Positions 24,647-37,214 of a stretch of DNA of 64,000 nt are shown here, in pieces. Where the stretch lies: assembly GCA_030390025.1 (NCBI GenBank), contig CM059433.1:11842001-11906000 (forward strand), written 5' to 3'. The notes beneath the pieces were generated by a model. That model saw only the letters and a list, made by a program, of their open reading frames with translations, was not told where the DNA came from and made no database searches. The stretch is from Squalus acanthias (taxonomy: Eukaryota). How positions within the stretch are numbered: the first letter of the stretch is position 1; every line of letters begins with the position of its first letter. The translations under genes were made by a program, and so were the position numbers.

Positions 24647-26404
24647 TTAGTGTCAGAACTGCATGTTTGGCATGAAAATAGTTAAGACTTAAATCCCATT
24701 TTTCCTTCAATATTACTTTGTTTCTGCTGATCCTGATTTTGTTTTCCTTCTTGTGGGAAAGCACCTGGCCTCTGCTTGGCAACTCCTCACAAAAGGGCCA
24801 CTGTTATCTGAAAACAAGCTACGAGACAAATCGAGGGCGCTGAGTCACATCCTACCAGTCCATGCAGCGCATGGGATCTCAGTGCACGGTGCCATCATGA
24901 TGACTAAGGAACTGTGATCTTACTTTTAGAAACCCCCCCCAAAAAAGGCAATTGTTTGTTGACATGGCATGGAGTGGTGGGACAAGTTCCCAGTCTATGC
25001 TGTATCCGCATGGGGGGAGGCAGAGAAAATCTAGGACAAGCCCACCTGAGTTGCTCTCATACACCTCCTGGTGGCCACTTTCAGAACAAAATTGGCAGTG
25101 ACTCAGAAGCAGATCCTCTCTGATTGTGCCCTCAGCCAGGGTTTGCTGTATTCAACAGGGACACCTACAAGGGAGGGAAAAAAATCAAGGAAAAATAATT
25201 ACCTTTAAAAAAAATTGAAATCAATGATTTATTTAAAAGCTCACTTATTGTAAGTCAGGTACTGTGTCACTAATCATTTAAATATTTGTTTTATTTCCCA
25301 TTGGACTTGGTTGGAGCACTAAAAGTCTCAACTAAAACTGGAGGGAATGTTATTGCGGATCATAATTTTGAACATCAAAATATTGCATTAAAGGTAAGGA
25401 TTTTTTTTTAACCTTTTGATGAGCACCGCCTCCAGCACGGAGTGAGATAAAACCCTATGTCACTGCCACTCAAATGTTTCAATGTCACTCAATTCAAATC
25501 ATTCCCTCACAAACGCAAACCATCCCTCGCTACAAGTCAAGAAACCAGCCATAAGGCAAAGGAAGTCCACTCGCTAAATTTAGTTTCCTTGCCCACTGAA
25601 AATATACAATAAAGGCTCATAAAAACTGAGCTTGGCCACTCCTGGATGGGCTCATCCCCAATGAGTTATCTGCTTACTCCTGCTGGTGGCGATGTTTATT
25701 CTGCTGGCCATGATATTTTATCTATTTTATCTATATACAGAACTTCATCACTTGTGCATTATTTATCTATCCAACAAGTGGATGGCCTCCAGCAGTACTG
25801 TAAGAATCTATATGATTCTAACTATCCAACATGCATTCCTTGTTATAAACTTGGAGCTATACCCGTTGAAATAACAATTACTTATAGTAAACTTCGTATA
25901 ATTCATTAATTAGTTAACTTAGAAGTTGAGTATTTTCTATGCATTCTTTGCATTATATTCTTAGTCTGCACAATTTTAAAACAGCCATTAATGCGATTAA
26001 CATAAACAGATGAACAACGGAATTAAAAAAGCACAAACGGGAGTTTAAAGTGAACCATTTCACTAATGGCAGTGCACAGTGGAAATTACACTTCCCTCCA
26101 CACCCCCACACCCCCCCCCGCCCCCGCCCCCCTCCAATCCTGTGAGTTCTACATCCCTAAAGGTGCTACATCAAGTGGCAGTACCTAGATAAAGACCCCA
26201 GTGGATCAAACAGACCGTCAGCTTAATTTGTCATAAATATGAGCAAAATTCATTATCCTCTAACTCTTGTATTTTGGGTCTGGTCTGGGTTTTCGGGGTT
26301 CTGCTGATAATACGTAATTCAAACGTTGTGCGTGTATTTTATGACATGATCCCAATCCCTTAATCGGATTACAGTTTAATCCTGATACTTTCATAGGATA
26401 ATAT

Positions 26405-26620
26405 CATACAGCACAAAAGGAGGCCATTCGGCCCATCGTGTCTGTGCCGGCTCTTTGAAAGAGCGAACCAATTAATCCCACTGCCTCAGCTCTTTGCCCA
26501 CAGCCCTGCAAGTTTCTCCTTGTCCAGTATATATCCAATTCCCATTTGAAAGTTACTATTGAATCTGCTTCCACCAATTTTTCAGGCAGGGCATCCCAGA
26601 TCATCACAACTCGCTGTGTC
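26405..26620 (-). mobile_element. CR1 3' end fragment
   Basis: TQRVVMIWDALPE...; 3' UTR like 9610-10008. Confidence 0.8.
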
Positions 26621-27030
26621 ATACAAAATCCCCCCACCCCCACCCCCCTGAATTTTTTGAGATTTTTTGAGTTTCAAAAAAATTGAATTGTCCAATAAAT
26701 TGAAATAAATAACAACATAGTGAGAATTTAGTGCTAAGAAATGGAATCATGCTACGATTAGTAGCTGCACCAGTTGTCAGGCATGGGGCAGCATTCACTT
26801 CCCTCTTGTGTAATCTCACTGTGAGAGCACATCACCAGGTAGAGAGAGTCCTCTCGCTTTTCTTTCGCTTACAAGAACTTAAAAGATGCTCAGATTCACT
26901 TTTGACAGCGGCAGGTGATAGTTGCACGAACTGTGAACTTCCTCGTACTTACTGGACATTTTGGTGGGATTTCGGGAACTGCAGTCGAATTAATTGTGCG
27001 TTACATATGTCAACACATGCAATCCCGTAC

Positions 27031-27089
27031 CTTGAGGATAGCTTTTCCGGGCGAGGGCTTTTTTTCTTCCTTCCAATGCACGTAGACAT
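27031..27089 (-). CDS. Putative first coding exon of the unidentified spliced ORF
   Basis: ATG TCT ACG TGC ATT GGA AGG AAG AAA AAA AGC CCT CGC CCG GAA AAG CTA TCC TCA AG|gtacgg (MSTCIGRKKKSPRPEKLSS, phase 2); upstream acceptor after a (ct)n tract at ~27173-27179. Confidence 0.5.
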
Positions 27090-27274
27090 GAGTGTTCAGG
27101 TGGGTAACAAGAGAGTGTCTCCAGATTTGTTAAAAGACAGGCGAGAAAGAGTGGGGGAATTCAGGCTCAGGTCCTGCCCTTCAAGGTGAGAGTGAGAGAG
27201 AGAGAGAGAGGCAGAGATGTGACAGAATAGGTGGGGAAAATAATGAAACGCAGGGTAGCGCTGATCTCACTTAC

Positions 27275-27500
27275 TCCAGCCGTGTGATTGAAGGGCAGTG
27301 GGTTGCTGCCTGCGCGCCGCTTCGCTCGCTGCCCTTAGCCCCAACTCCCTGCTTGCTGCAGCCGCTCAGTGTTGGGAGTCAACTGCTGTCACTCCGCTTC
27401 CATTCCCCTGCTGATTTATTCCGACCCACACCAAGTACTGGCCCTGGGCAAACAGCGCACAGGCTCCCGACTTTCCTGCCTTCTATTGGTTGTTGTAAAA
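27275..27500 (-). promoter_or_regulatory. Candidate promoter and non-coding first exon
   Basis: Non-repeat GC/CpG-enriched patch (gcgcgccgcttcgctcgc), CCAAT on the minus strand at ~27485, consensus donor GA|gtaagt at 27274-27269. Confidence 0.5.
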
Positions 27501-27615
27501 ATGTTTCCCACAGCCGAGGGCCAAAAAGAGAAAACGTTTCAATGGGTTGTTTAACGAGAGCTCACTCATCTTACTTTTAATTCACTGGCTTTTTCTCACC
27601 TTCACGTTCTTTTAA

Positions 27616-28073
27616 GTGTCAGCTGTGGCTCAGTGGGTAGCACACTCGCCTCTGAGTCAGAAGGTTGTGTGGTTCACAGTCCCCACTCCAGGGACTTGAG
27701 CACATAAAGCTAGGCTGACACTCCCAGTGCAGTGCTGAGGGAGTGCCGCACTGTCAGAGGTGCCGTCTTTCGGATGAGACTTTAAACCGAGGCCCCGTCT
27801 GCTCTCTCAGGTGGACGTAAAAGATCCCACGGTACTATTTCAAAGAGCAGAGGAGTTCTCCCCAGTGTCCTGGTCAATATTTCTCCCTCAACCAACAAAA
27901 AGAGATTATCTGGTCATTATCACAATGCTGTTTGTGGGAGCTTGCTGTGCGCAAATTGGCTGCTGCGTTTCCCACATTACAGCAGTGACTACACTCCAAA
28001 AAGTACTTCATTGGCTGTAAAGCACTTTGAGACGTCCGGTGGTCGTAAAGGCGCTATCTAAATGCAAGTCTTT
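27616..28073 (+). mobile_element. Full-length DeuSINE (SacSINE1-like)
   Basis: A/B boxes, Deu core, L2-like tail. Confidence 0.9.
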
Positions 28074-28389
28074 CCAATGGTTTTTTTCTCTCACCCTCAT
28101 TCCTGTACTCGCTCCTGCCTTTCTCAATCATTCAGTCCTTTTCTCCTGCTCTCACCTCCCCGCCCCTTCTCTCTCTGGTTTCCCTTTTCCTTATTTACTC
28201 TCACTCAGACTCAATTTCTCTTCTCTCTGTTACTGTTCCCTTGTCATTTGCCCAGATCCTTATTCACTCCCTGCCCCAAAATGATTTGAGACTGTTCAAA
28301 CCACATTGCAGGAGTTAACCCAAGGGAATCAACTTGGCACTTTGAATAACACCAACAGTGGAACCCGAGTAATAATTGTTGGTGACATA

Positions 28390-28702
28390 ACCTCCCAAAC
28401 CCGCAACCTCCGCCACCTAGAAGGACAAGGGCAGTAGGTACGTGGGAACACCATCACTTCCAAGTTCCCCTCCAAGTCACACACCATCCTGACTTAGAAG
28501 TATATCGCCGATCCTTCATCGTCGCTGGGTCAAAATCCTGGAACTTCCTCCCTAACAGCACTGCGGGAGTACCATCACCACACGGACTGCAGCGGTTCAA
28601 GAAGGCGGCGGCTCACCACCACCTTCTCAAGGGCAACTAGGGATGGGCATAAAATGCCAGCCTTGCCAGCGACGCCCACATCCCGAGAATGAATAAAACA
28701 AA
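28390..28702 (+). mobile_element. LINE 3' end, same family as 22645-23182
   Basis: Reverse-complement match to 22650-22960. Confidence 0.82.
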
Positions 28703-29566
28703 ATTCTTACCCACTCTGCCCCTGAAATAATTTTTCCCAGCACCATCTCTGAGGAAGATTTCAGGTTTTCAAAAGCAGTGGTCAATTTTAGAAATGCTTG
28801 ATTTTAGTATTCACCCTCGGGTTCTGGTTCTGTGGTTGGCTGGGACTCAGGAGCAAAGACCAAAGGCCAGGGATATCATTACACAAACTGTGCACTGTTG
28901 AAATTAATCTCCACTGCAAAAAAAATACGACCACCTTTATAGCAAAGTAATACCAGTACAAAGTTTTATCCTCAACTCCTGTTCTCTGAAGGAGAGAAAC
29001 AACTATATGAAAACTGTAACTTTTGACATGATTTAACAATACGTAAAATGCTTTAAACATAAGTGGCTCGTGAGAGCTACAAGGTTAGATTTAGCAGGGC
29101 AATGCAGGCCCCTTTAACTATCTTGCAAAACCGGTTACAAAGTCTACTACATGCCTTACATAACATAATTAGCAAATCATTAATCTTGCTTTTTTTTAAT
29201 CAAATTTAGTGACCACATTTAGCCACTGAAACCAGACTGAGACGGACTATCCTGAAGCAGATAACAATTGTAAATAAAGAACTTCTTGGTCCACATTTGT
29301 ACAACCAGAGAAAAAGACCAGCTTCACTGCACAAGCTCTTCTCACGCAGAAGCTCTTACATGGATAGTACCTACTTCACATGCTCAGGGCCGCGCGACTG
29401 TTGCCGTTAATCTTGGACACAGTGCTCAGGTTTTCTTATCGTTAAGTCACGCCTGATAGACTAAGGTATCGATTCACTGATATCAGAAGGTCTGAAAATC
29501 ACTGAGACATGTTTTGGAGTGACGCTGTCAAAGAAGAAATATGCAGCACCTTTATCATTGGCCACT

Positions 29567-29579
29567 GTTGCTTAGTAAC
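29567..29579. promoter_or_regulatory. Consensus RFX X-box
   Basis: GTTGCTTAGTAAC fits GTNRCY-N(0-3)-RGYAAC; inverted CCAAT (attgg) at 29557-29561; non-repeat context. Confidence 0.45.
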
Positions 29580-30317
29580 TCATACACTGTCTCAAGTTTA
29601 TGACTGATCTATTTTTGGAATGGTGGCAGGAAGTATAATGTTTTAAACACTGAAATAAGGAAGGTAAGAGATTCCCCTTTTTTTAAAAAAAGTATTAATT
29701 TGTAAATATTTTATAACCTTTAATGAGTTTTCTGATATCTGAGTGCAGTCTTTCAACCTTCACAAAAGAAAGGCTCCTTTAACATCTCACAGTTACTAGA
29801 GATGTGGAAATGCACAGATACTCTGGAGTTTTGCTTGATTACCTTTGGGAGTCAGGGAGAGATTTTGCAGCACTTTCCCTACAGAGATTAAATTGGAGTA
29901 GAGTTCATGATAGAGTAGATTATACACGGGCTGCGGAAGTATTGGGTGTGATGGACTGAATGGCCTTTACTCATTCCATGTATTCTCATGCTGTATAAAG
30001 TGTGGGTGAGACTTGCAACCTCACTCTCAAACAGCAGAGAATGCCCTCAGCAAACCTTAAGAATGAAATGCACCAAGGGACATTTTTATTGAGAAACTAC
30101 ATGAAAGGACAAGTCCCATAGTTCTGAACATCCCCAAAGTTTAAAAAGTGTAGGAGGGAAAAGGTAAATCAGGAAGTAGGAATTTGGTGACGCCAAACTT
30201 GATTTTAAACATCTGTAAATTGCACGAGCAACAAATGGCCGAGGAAGATAAAGTGTTTCACAGTTTTGGGGTCCTGGCAAAGAATGAGTTAGAATAAGAG
30301 AAGCTTAGACGTTCACA

Positions 30318-30616
30318 GGGAACTGTAGCATAGTGGTAATGTTACTGGACTAGTAATCCAGAGGCCTGGACTAATAATCCGGTGACAAGAGTTCAGCTGG
30401 AGAATTCTAATTCAGTTAATTCAATTTTAAATAAACCTGGAATAAAAAGCTAGTATCAGTAATGGTGACCATGAAACTACCGGATTGTCATAAAAAACCA
30501 TCTGGTTCACTAATGTCCTTTAGGGAAGGAAATCTGCCGTCCTTACCCGGTCTGGCCTATATGTGACTCCAGACCCACAGCAATGTGGTTGACTCTTAAC
30601 TGCCCTCTGAAATGGC
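30318..30616 (+). mobile_element. tRNA-derived SINE of a second family, 3'-truncated
   Basis: A box tagcatagtggtaa, degenerate B box gagttcagct, core tctggttcactaatgtcctttagggaaggaaatctgcc. Confidence 0.72.
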
Positions 30617-32189
30617 GACGCCCAGACCCCTTGAACGAATTTGGAAAAAAAAGCATAGAACATGGCTATTTGGCCCATCAGGTCTGTGCCAGATCTTTGC
30701 TGGAACAATCCAAAACTGATTTGTATCTTCCTCTACTTCAAATATTTATCCAATTTCCCCTTAAAAGATGCAACATTCTGTCTCAACTATTCCCTGCTCC
30801 AACTCTGCGTCTGCCACAGTCTTTCTCCTCAGCCCCAGCAACAATTTTAAATTGATGATCCCACAACAATGATTCCCCAACCAGAAGTAATTGTTTTCTT
30901 ATTCACCCTATCAAAACCCTTCATTATTTTAAATCTCAAGACTCTCCTCAGAACCATAAGCTTCACCTCCCTGGCATCATCCTGTGCAGCAAGTCTCAAT
31001 TTCAACACAGCCAGGAAGGAAGGAAGGAAAGGAGGAAAGGAGTGTGTAGAAGCAGGGAGGAAAGGAGTGTGTAGAATTGCTTAGAAGGAACAAGAGAGAA
31101 AAATATCAGAAGAGCACTGACCACAGTAATATTGATGGAGAGGCACAAGGAAGGCTGTGACAGGGAGGTTGGAGGCTAGAGGGGAGAAATAAATCATCTA
31201 GCGAGTGCCCAGTTTTCTCTTGTGTCCTGTGTAGGGGTGTGAGCGAGGTGTCAGAAGAGCCTTCTTCTCACAGTAGAGACTTCAGAAGATATATACACAC
31301 AGAAATAAGTATAAATGACAGAGGGAAGGCAAGAAACCTAAGAGAGATATCTTGACTCCCTTCTTAGCTCGGGATTGTGGTGCACCAGAAGAAATAAAAT
31401 AACATAAAATTGTAGCCTTGCTCATCTCTTATTTTCTTTTAAAAATAAAAACCCGTCCACTCTTATTACTTTCCATGGCACTAACTTCCGTTAAATTGAT
31501 TAAAGTTTACTGCCGTTATTTATATATATAGTTTCTGCAGTGTCCGTTCTTAGGAGGATCCAGATACGTTTAAAAATTTACAACTAAAACTCAAGAGTTA
31601 TCAACCTATTCTACCTGACTGATTGTGCCTCGGCACTAACAGTTAACTACTCCCACTAGGATGAAAGAAGTAATTGATCTGTCCTTGAATAAGTGGTGTA
31701 GTCACCTCTGGGAAAAAAGTTATTTTCAAAGCACCTGAAAATAATCATTAACGTTCAAGAAATTCTACCCGCACAGTTACATGACTGGTCAGGAAAATTT
31801 ACAATTGTTCCATGACAAAGATAATTAGTAGCCCACTTTTTGCAATACGTAATTCTGCTGTAGAACAAGATACAAGATATTTTCAGAAGCCTCATAAAAG
31901 GCCTCATCAAACCTGCAACTGTATACGATGCTTCATTTCACACCGAGAGATCTTGATTGAAAGGATTTAATTATACAGATGTAATGCTTGTGTTGGCACT
32001 GGGATAGATGCCAGTAAAGATTATGAGCCACTTTGTTATTTGAGTTCTCTGTAGCACCACACACACACACATTCTGAGTGTTTTCATTCTCTGTCTTCCA
32101 GACTCTCACATTTTCTTTGGCTTTTTGCAGCTCACTTGAATCTTTACGTAGTAATTATGAACTTTTGTGCTCATCAACATTAGAATTTG

Positions 32190-33455
32190 CTAGAGTTCTT
32201 TGAGGATGTAACGAGCAGGGTGGATAAAGGGGAACCAGTAGATGTAGTGTATTTGGATTTCCAGAAGGCATTCAATAAGGTGCCACATAAAAGGTTACAG
32301 CACAAGATAAGAGCTTCACGGGGTTGGGGGTAATATATTAGCATGGATAGAGGATTGGCTAACTAACAGAAAACAGAGAGTTGGGATAAATGGGTAATTT
32401 TCCAGTTGGCAACCAGTAACTAGTGGGGTGCCACAGGGATCAGTGCTGGGGCCTCAACTATTTACAATCTATATTAATGACTTGGATGAAGGGACCGAGT
32501 GTACTGTAGCCAAATTTGCTGATGATGCAAAGATAGGTGGGTTAGCAAGTTGTGAGGAGGACACAAAGAGTCTGCAAAGGGATATAGATAGGTTAAGTGA
32601 GTGGGCAAAAATTTGGCAGATGGAGTACAATATGGGAAAATGTGAGGTTATCCACTTTGGAAGGAAGAATGAAAAAGCAAATTATTATTTAAATGGAGTG
32701 AGACTACAAAATGCTGCGGTACAAAGGGATCTGGGGGTCCTAGTGCATGAAACACAAAAAGTTAGCATGCAGATACAGCAAGTAATTAGGAAGGCTAATG
32801 GAATGTTGGCCTTTATTGCAAGGGGTATGGAGTATAAAAGTAGGGAAGTTTTGATGCAACTTTACAGGGTGCTGGTGAGACCGCACCTGGAGTACTGCGT
32901 ACAGTTTTGGTCTCCATATTTAAGGAAGGATATACTTGCATTGGAGGCAGTGCAGAGAAGGTTCACTAGGTTGATTCCTGAGATGAAAGGGTTGTCTTAT
33001 GACGAAAGGTTGAGCAGGTTGGGCCTATACTCATTGGAGTTTAGAAGAATGAGAGGTGATCTTATTGAAACATGTAAGATTCTGAGGGGGATTGACAGGG
33101 TTGATGCTGAGAGGATGTTTCCCCTAGTGGGGGTATCTAGAACTAGGGGGCATAGTTTCAGGATAAGGGGTCGCCCATTTAAGACGGAGATGAGGAGGAA
33201 TTTCTTCTCTCAGAGGGTCGTGAATCTTTGGAATTCTCTACCCTGGAGAGCTGTGGAGGCAGAGTCACTGAATATATTCAAGGTGGAGATTGACAGACAT
33301 TTGAACTACAAGGGAGTCAAGGGTTAATAGGAGAGAGCGGGAAAGTGGTGTTGAGGCCCAGATTGGATCAGCCATGATCTTATTGAATGGCGGAGCAGGC
33401 TCGAGGGGCCGATTGGCCGACTCCTACTCCTGTTTCTTATGTTCTTATGTTCTTA
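32190..33455 (+). pseudogene. CR1 LINE ORF2 reverse transcriptase, 3' ~1.25 kb
   Basis: YLDFQKAF, GVPQGSVLGPQLF, KFADD, RPHLEYCVQFWSP; stop/frameshift upstream of ORF 32428..33327; (ttcttatg)n tail. Confidence 0.95.
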
Positions 33456-33479
33456 GAATGACTGGGGAAATGGATAAAT

Positions 33480-33720
33480 TCGCACTTTTTGCACTTTGTG
33501 TCAATATGTAGCACTCTCAGAACAGGTATAGCACAGGTTAGATGAAGGGTAAAGCTCCCTTTAGACTGCCCCAACGACGCTTCTTAATCTCACCCTCAGA
33601 TGCACATTCCATAAACCAATCACTAAGAAATGCATTGGAGTGCCCCTGGATGGCCCGATCATTGATCTATGAAGAAGTGCTTCTTCACCTCTGCTTGACT
33701 CCTTCTTCTAACAACTTAGC
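33480..33720 (-). mobile_element. LF-SINE-like 3' fragment
   Basis: Reverse complement ggggcagtctaaagggagcttt...catctaacctgtgctatacctgttctg resembles 22180-22235 and the recalled LF-SINE 3' part. Confidence 0.45.
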
Positions 33721-33793
33721 TGAAATCAAGAACTCACCACAGATTTGAAATTCCCATGTATTCAATTTTAGCCCATTGATTAATCCGTTGGTG

Positions 33794-33889
33794 TCAAATT
33801 CATGTGTGCTCTATTTTAACAAAGTCATAAGCAGGTTTAAAATAAACACGCTTAATAGCTTTGTTAAAATATTGCACATAGGAATTTGA
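33794..33889. repeat. AT-rich imperfect palindrome (old MITE-like)
   Basis: tcaaattcatgtgtgctctattttaacaaag pairs with ctttgttaaaatattgcacataggaatttga. Confidence 0.7.
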
Positions 33890-34129
33890 TAAGAATGTAT
33901 CGACTAGTTTGGTAAAAATAGTACATACAGGAAATTAACCCCCCAGAAAATGTGATTCATTTTATACAGAAACCAACTCTGTATCACATGTCTATTAGGG
34001 GGACTTAACAACTGTGTTCAGCTCACGACAACTGTAAACAAGGACAGATGTCTCACAAAATTGAACCTCATACTTTTTGGGATCAGGAAAAGACTTGGAG
34101 AAGTTGTACTGGGATATCAGATAACAACC

Positions 34130-35319
34130 GATTTCCCATAAACTGATACATACTCGATCGACAGTTCCGACGGGCCACAGCGAAAAATCGCATAGACCTC
34201 CTCAGAAGACGAACACGGGACACAACCAACAGGGTACCCTACGTCGTCCAGTACTTCCCCGGAGCGGAGAAACTACGCCATGTTCTTCGCAGCCTTCAAC
34301 ATGTCATCGATGACGACGAACACCTCGCTAAGGCCATCCCCACGCCTCCCCTACTCGCCTTCAAACAGCCGCCTAACCTCAAATGGACCATCGTTCGCAG
34401 CAAATTACCCAGCTTTCAGGAGAACAGCGACCACGACACCACACAACCCTGCCACGGCAACCTCTGCAAGACATGCCAGATAATGGACACAGATACCGTC
34501 ATCACATGTGAGGACACTACCCACCAGGTACATGGTACATACTCATGTGACTTGGCCAACGTTGTCTGCCTCATACGTTGCAGGAAAGGATGCCCCGGAG
34601 CATAGTACATCGGCGAGACCATGCAGACACTGCGACAACGTATGAACGGACACCGCGCAACAATCGCCAGGCAGGAGTGTTCCCTCCCAGTCGGGGAACA
34701 CTTCAGCAGTCAAGGACATTCAGCCTCCGATCTTCGGGTAAGCGTTCTCCAAGGCGGCCTTCGAGACACACGACAACGCAAAATCGTCGAGCAGAAACTG
34801 ATAGCCAAGTTCTGCACCCATGAGGACGGCCTCAACCGGGATCTTGGGTTCATGTCACGCTACATGTAACCCCACCTGACGTAGAGTCAACCAGACTCGA
34901 GTCGTCGTTGGCTTGTTCTCTCTACACAGATGCAGCCGGACCTGCTGTGATTTCCAGCAAAAAAAGTAAAAAGTTTTTTGTTTTCCCTACAGACCCCAGC
35001 ATCTGTCACATTTGACCCCTTGTGACCCCACCTCATTGTCTTTGTTGTATTTTGCTATCGTCTTTGATGTAATGTCTTCCTGACTGACCTGGTTGGACAC
35101 CATCCACACCTTTGATTGCCGTGATTGTCTCTCTGCCGAGGTGTGATAAAGGGCAGTTAGAAAGATTAACTGTAATCATCTGGCATTGTTCTCTGACTAT
35201 ATATGCTGTGCCTATATGCATCTCTTCACTTCACCTGATGAAGGAGCAGCGCTCCGAAAGCTTGTGATTTCAAATAAAGCTGTTGGACTATAACCTGGTG
35301 TTGTGCGACTTCTCACTTT
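34130..35319 (+). mobile_element. Penelope-like element, 5'-truncated (GIY-YIG endonuclease region plus terminal repeat, family A)
   Basis: PCHGNLCKTC linker, YIGETMQTLRQRMNGHR...VGEHF...EQKLIAKF...GLNRD; one in-frame stop; the 3' repeat holds a hammerhead motif. Confidence 0.92.
35231..35267 (+). ncRNA. Minimal type I hammerhead ribozyme motif (family A, intact)
   Basis: tcac-CTGATGA-a-ggagc(agc)gctcc-GAAA-gc-tt-gtga: helix I tcac/gtga, helix II hairpin, palindromic helix III AGCT. Confidence 0.8.
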
Positions 35320-35459
35320 AATACATATTCATTATACAACTGTGTCAGAAGCACAGACATTGTGCCATGATAAGTGGGCTATCTTCTTATCACACCACCT
35401 ATACAAGGGTCCCTCAGGCAATCATGCTTGGCCTCGGAATCTTTCTTGTCTTCGTCAAT

Positions 35460-36505
35460 AAGTATATCCAAGTTTGCTATCAACACCAAGTTCAGCGGCG
35501 CGGTAAATAACGCAGATGGGAGCAGAAAGTTGCAAAAAGAAAAGAAAGACTTGCATTTCTATAGCGCCTTTCACGACCACTAGACGTCCCTAAGCGCTTT
35601 ACAGCCAATGAAGTACTTTTTGAAGCGTAGTCGCTGTTGCAATGTAGGAAACATTGGTAGATTAAGTGAGTGGGCAAAACTGTGGCAGATGGAGTTCAAT
35701 GTGGGGAAAGTGTGAGGTCATCCACCTTGGACCTAAGAAACATCGATCAGAGTATTTTCGAAATGGCGAGAAGCTGGGAACTGTGGGGGAGCCGAGAGAT
35801 TTAGGGATCCATGTACAGAAATCACTGAAAGCTAGTGGACAGGTGCAAAAATAATTTAAAAACACTAATGGAATGTTGGCCTTTATCTCAAGAGGGCTGG
35901 AATACAAAAGGGTGGAAGTTATGTTACAGCTGTGCAGAGCCCTGGATAGACACGTCTGGAATATTGCGTTCAGTTCTGGGCACCGCACCTCAGCAAGGAT
36001 ATGTTGGCCTTGGAGGGCGGGCAGCGCAGATTCACCAGAATGATACCGGGGCTAAAAGGGTTAACTTACGAGGACAGGTTACATAGACTAGGCTTGTATT
36101 CCCTTGAGGAATAGATTAAGGGGGGGATCTAATTCAGGTGTTTAAGATGATTAAAGGAATTGATAGGGTAGATAGAGAGAAACTCTTTCCTCTGGTGTGG
36201 GGGGGAGTCCAGAACAATAGGGCACAACCTTCAAATTAGAGCCAGGCCGTTCAGGAGAGATGTCAAGAAGCACCTCTTCACACAAAGGGTAGTGGGAATC
36301 TGGAACTCTCTCCCCCAAAAAGCTGTTGAGGCTGGGGGTCAATTGAAAACGTCAAAACTGAGATTGATTGATTTTTATTAGGCAAGGGTATTAAGGTTCA
36401 CAGAACCAAGGCGGGTAGATGGAGTTAAGATACAGATCAACCATGATCTAGTTGAATGGCAGAAGAGGCTCAAGGGGCTGAATGGCCTACCTCTGTTCTT
36501 ATGTT
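35460..36505 (+). mobile_element. Degraded CR1 RT 3' part with a DeuSINE tail fragment inserted at ~35536-35652 (minus)
   Basis: ISKFAINTK, GKCEVIHLG, HLEYCVQFWAP remnants, 3' UTR. Confidence 0.85.
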
Positions 36506-37214
36506 CCAATGGCCTGCTGGGTGTCGCTAAAGATAACTCTGTTAACAACCTCATTTTTCTCAATTGAGATTAATTTCCAATCTGAAAGACAAGTACCAAT
36601 CAACTCATTGCAAATTGGGTAGTTAACAGACCAATGGCAATAAAGATGGAGTGTGATGTCCATCCACTGCTCCACTATCAGGGTTCTGAACTCACTCCAG
36701 TGATAGGGAGTGAGTTACGTAGGGAGCCACAGTCATAAACTTCCATCCCGTCACTCCATAGCAGAGCACACTGGTACACTCATATGCCACATCGCCAGCT
36801 GACCTTAATAGTTCTAGTTATACAGAAAAGGTTAAGTATACTTAAGTTTACTAATAGGTTTGCAAACAAGAAAAAAATCGCCCCAGGATCTAAATGTGTT
36901 AATACAAGTGTATTCTAGCTAAGTATAACTGACTGCAATAATGCAAAACAATTCCCTCGCTGAATACAAGTCCCAATGTCTGTGTGCAACATATTATCTT
37001 AAACAGTCTATCATTTGAATTCAGATTTGGTCGCCAATGTCTTGAAGAGCTGTAGTCATATACCTTGCATCATATAAATAATTAAGACATAGTAAACACT
37101 AGCAAATTTCTCACAGAACAAAGAGCAAAACTATCAGCTTACTCTGTGATCTTCTCGGCAAAGCTCTGTTGCATAATTTATAATTTAATGACCTACAATG
37201 TAAATTTGTAAAAA

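Noticed and set aside
25062-25077. CTCF-like motif (minus strand TGGCCACCAGGAGGTG)
   Set aside because: Single imperfect match that is plausible by chance in 64 kb, with no supporting context.
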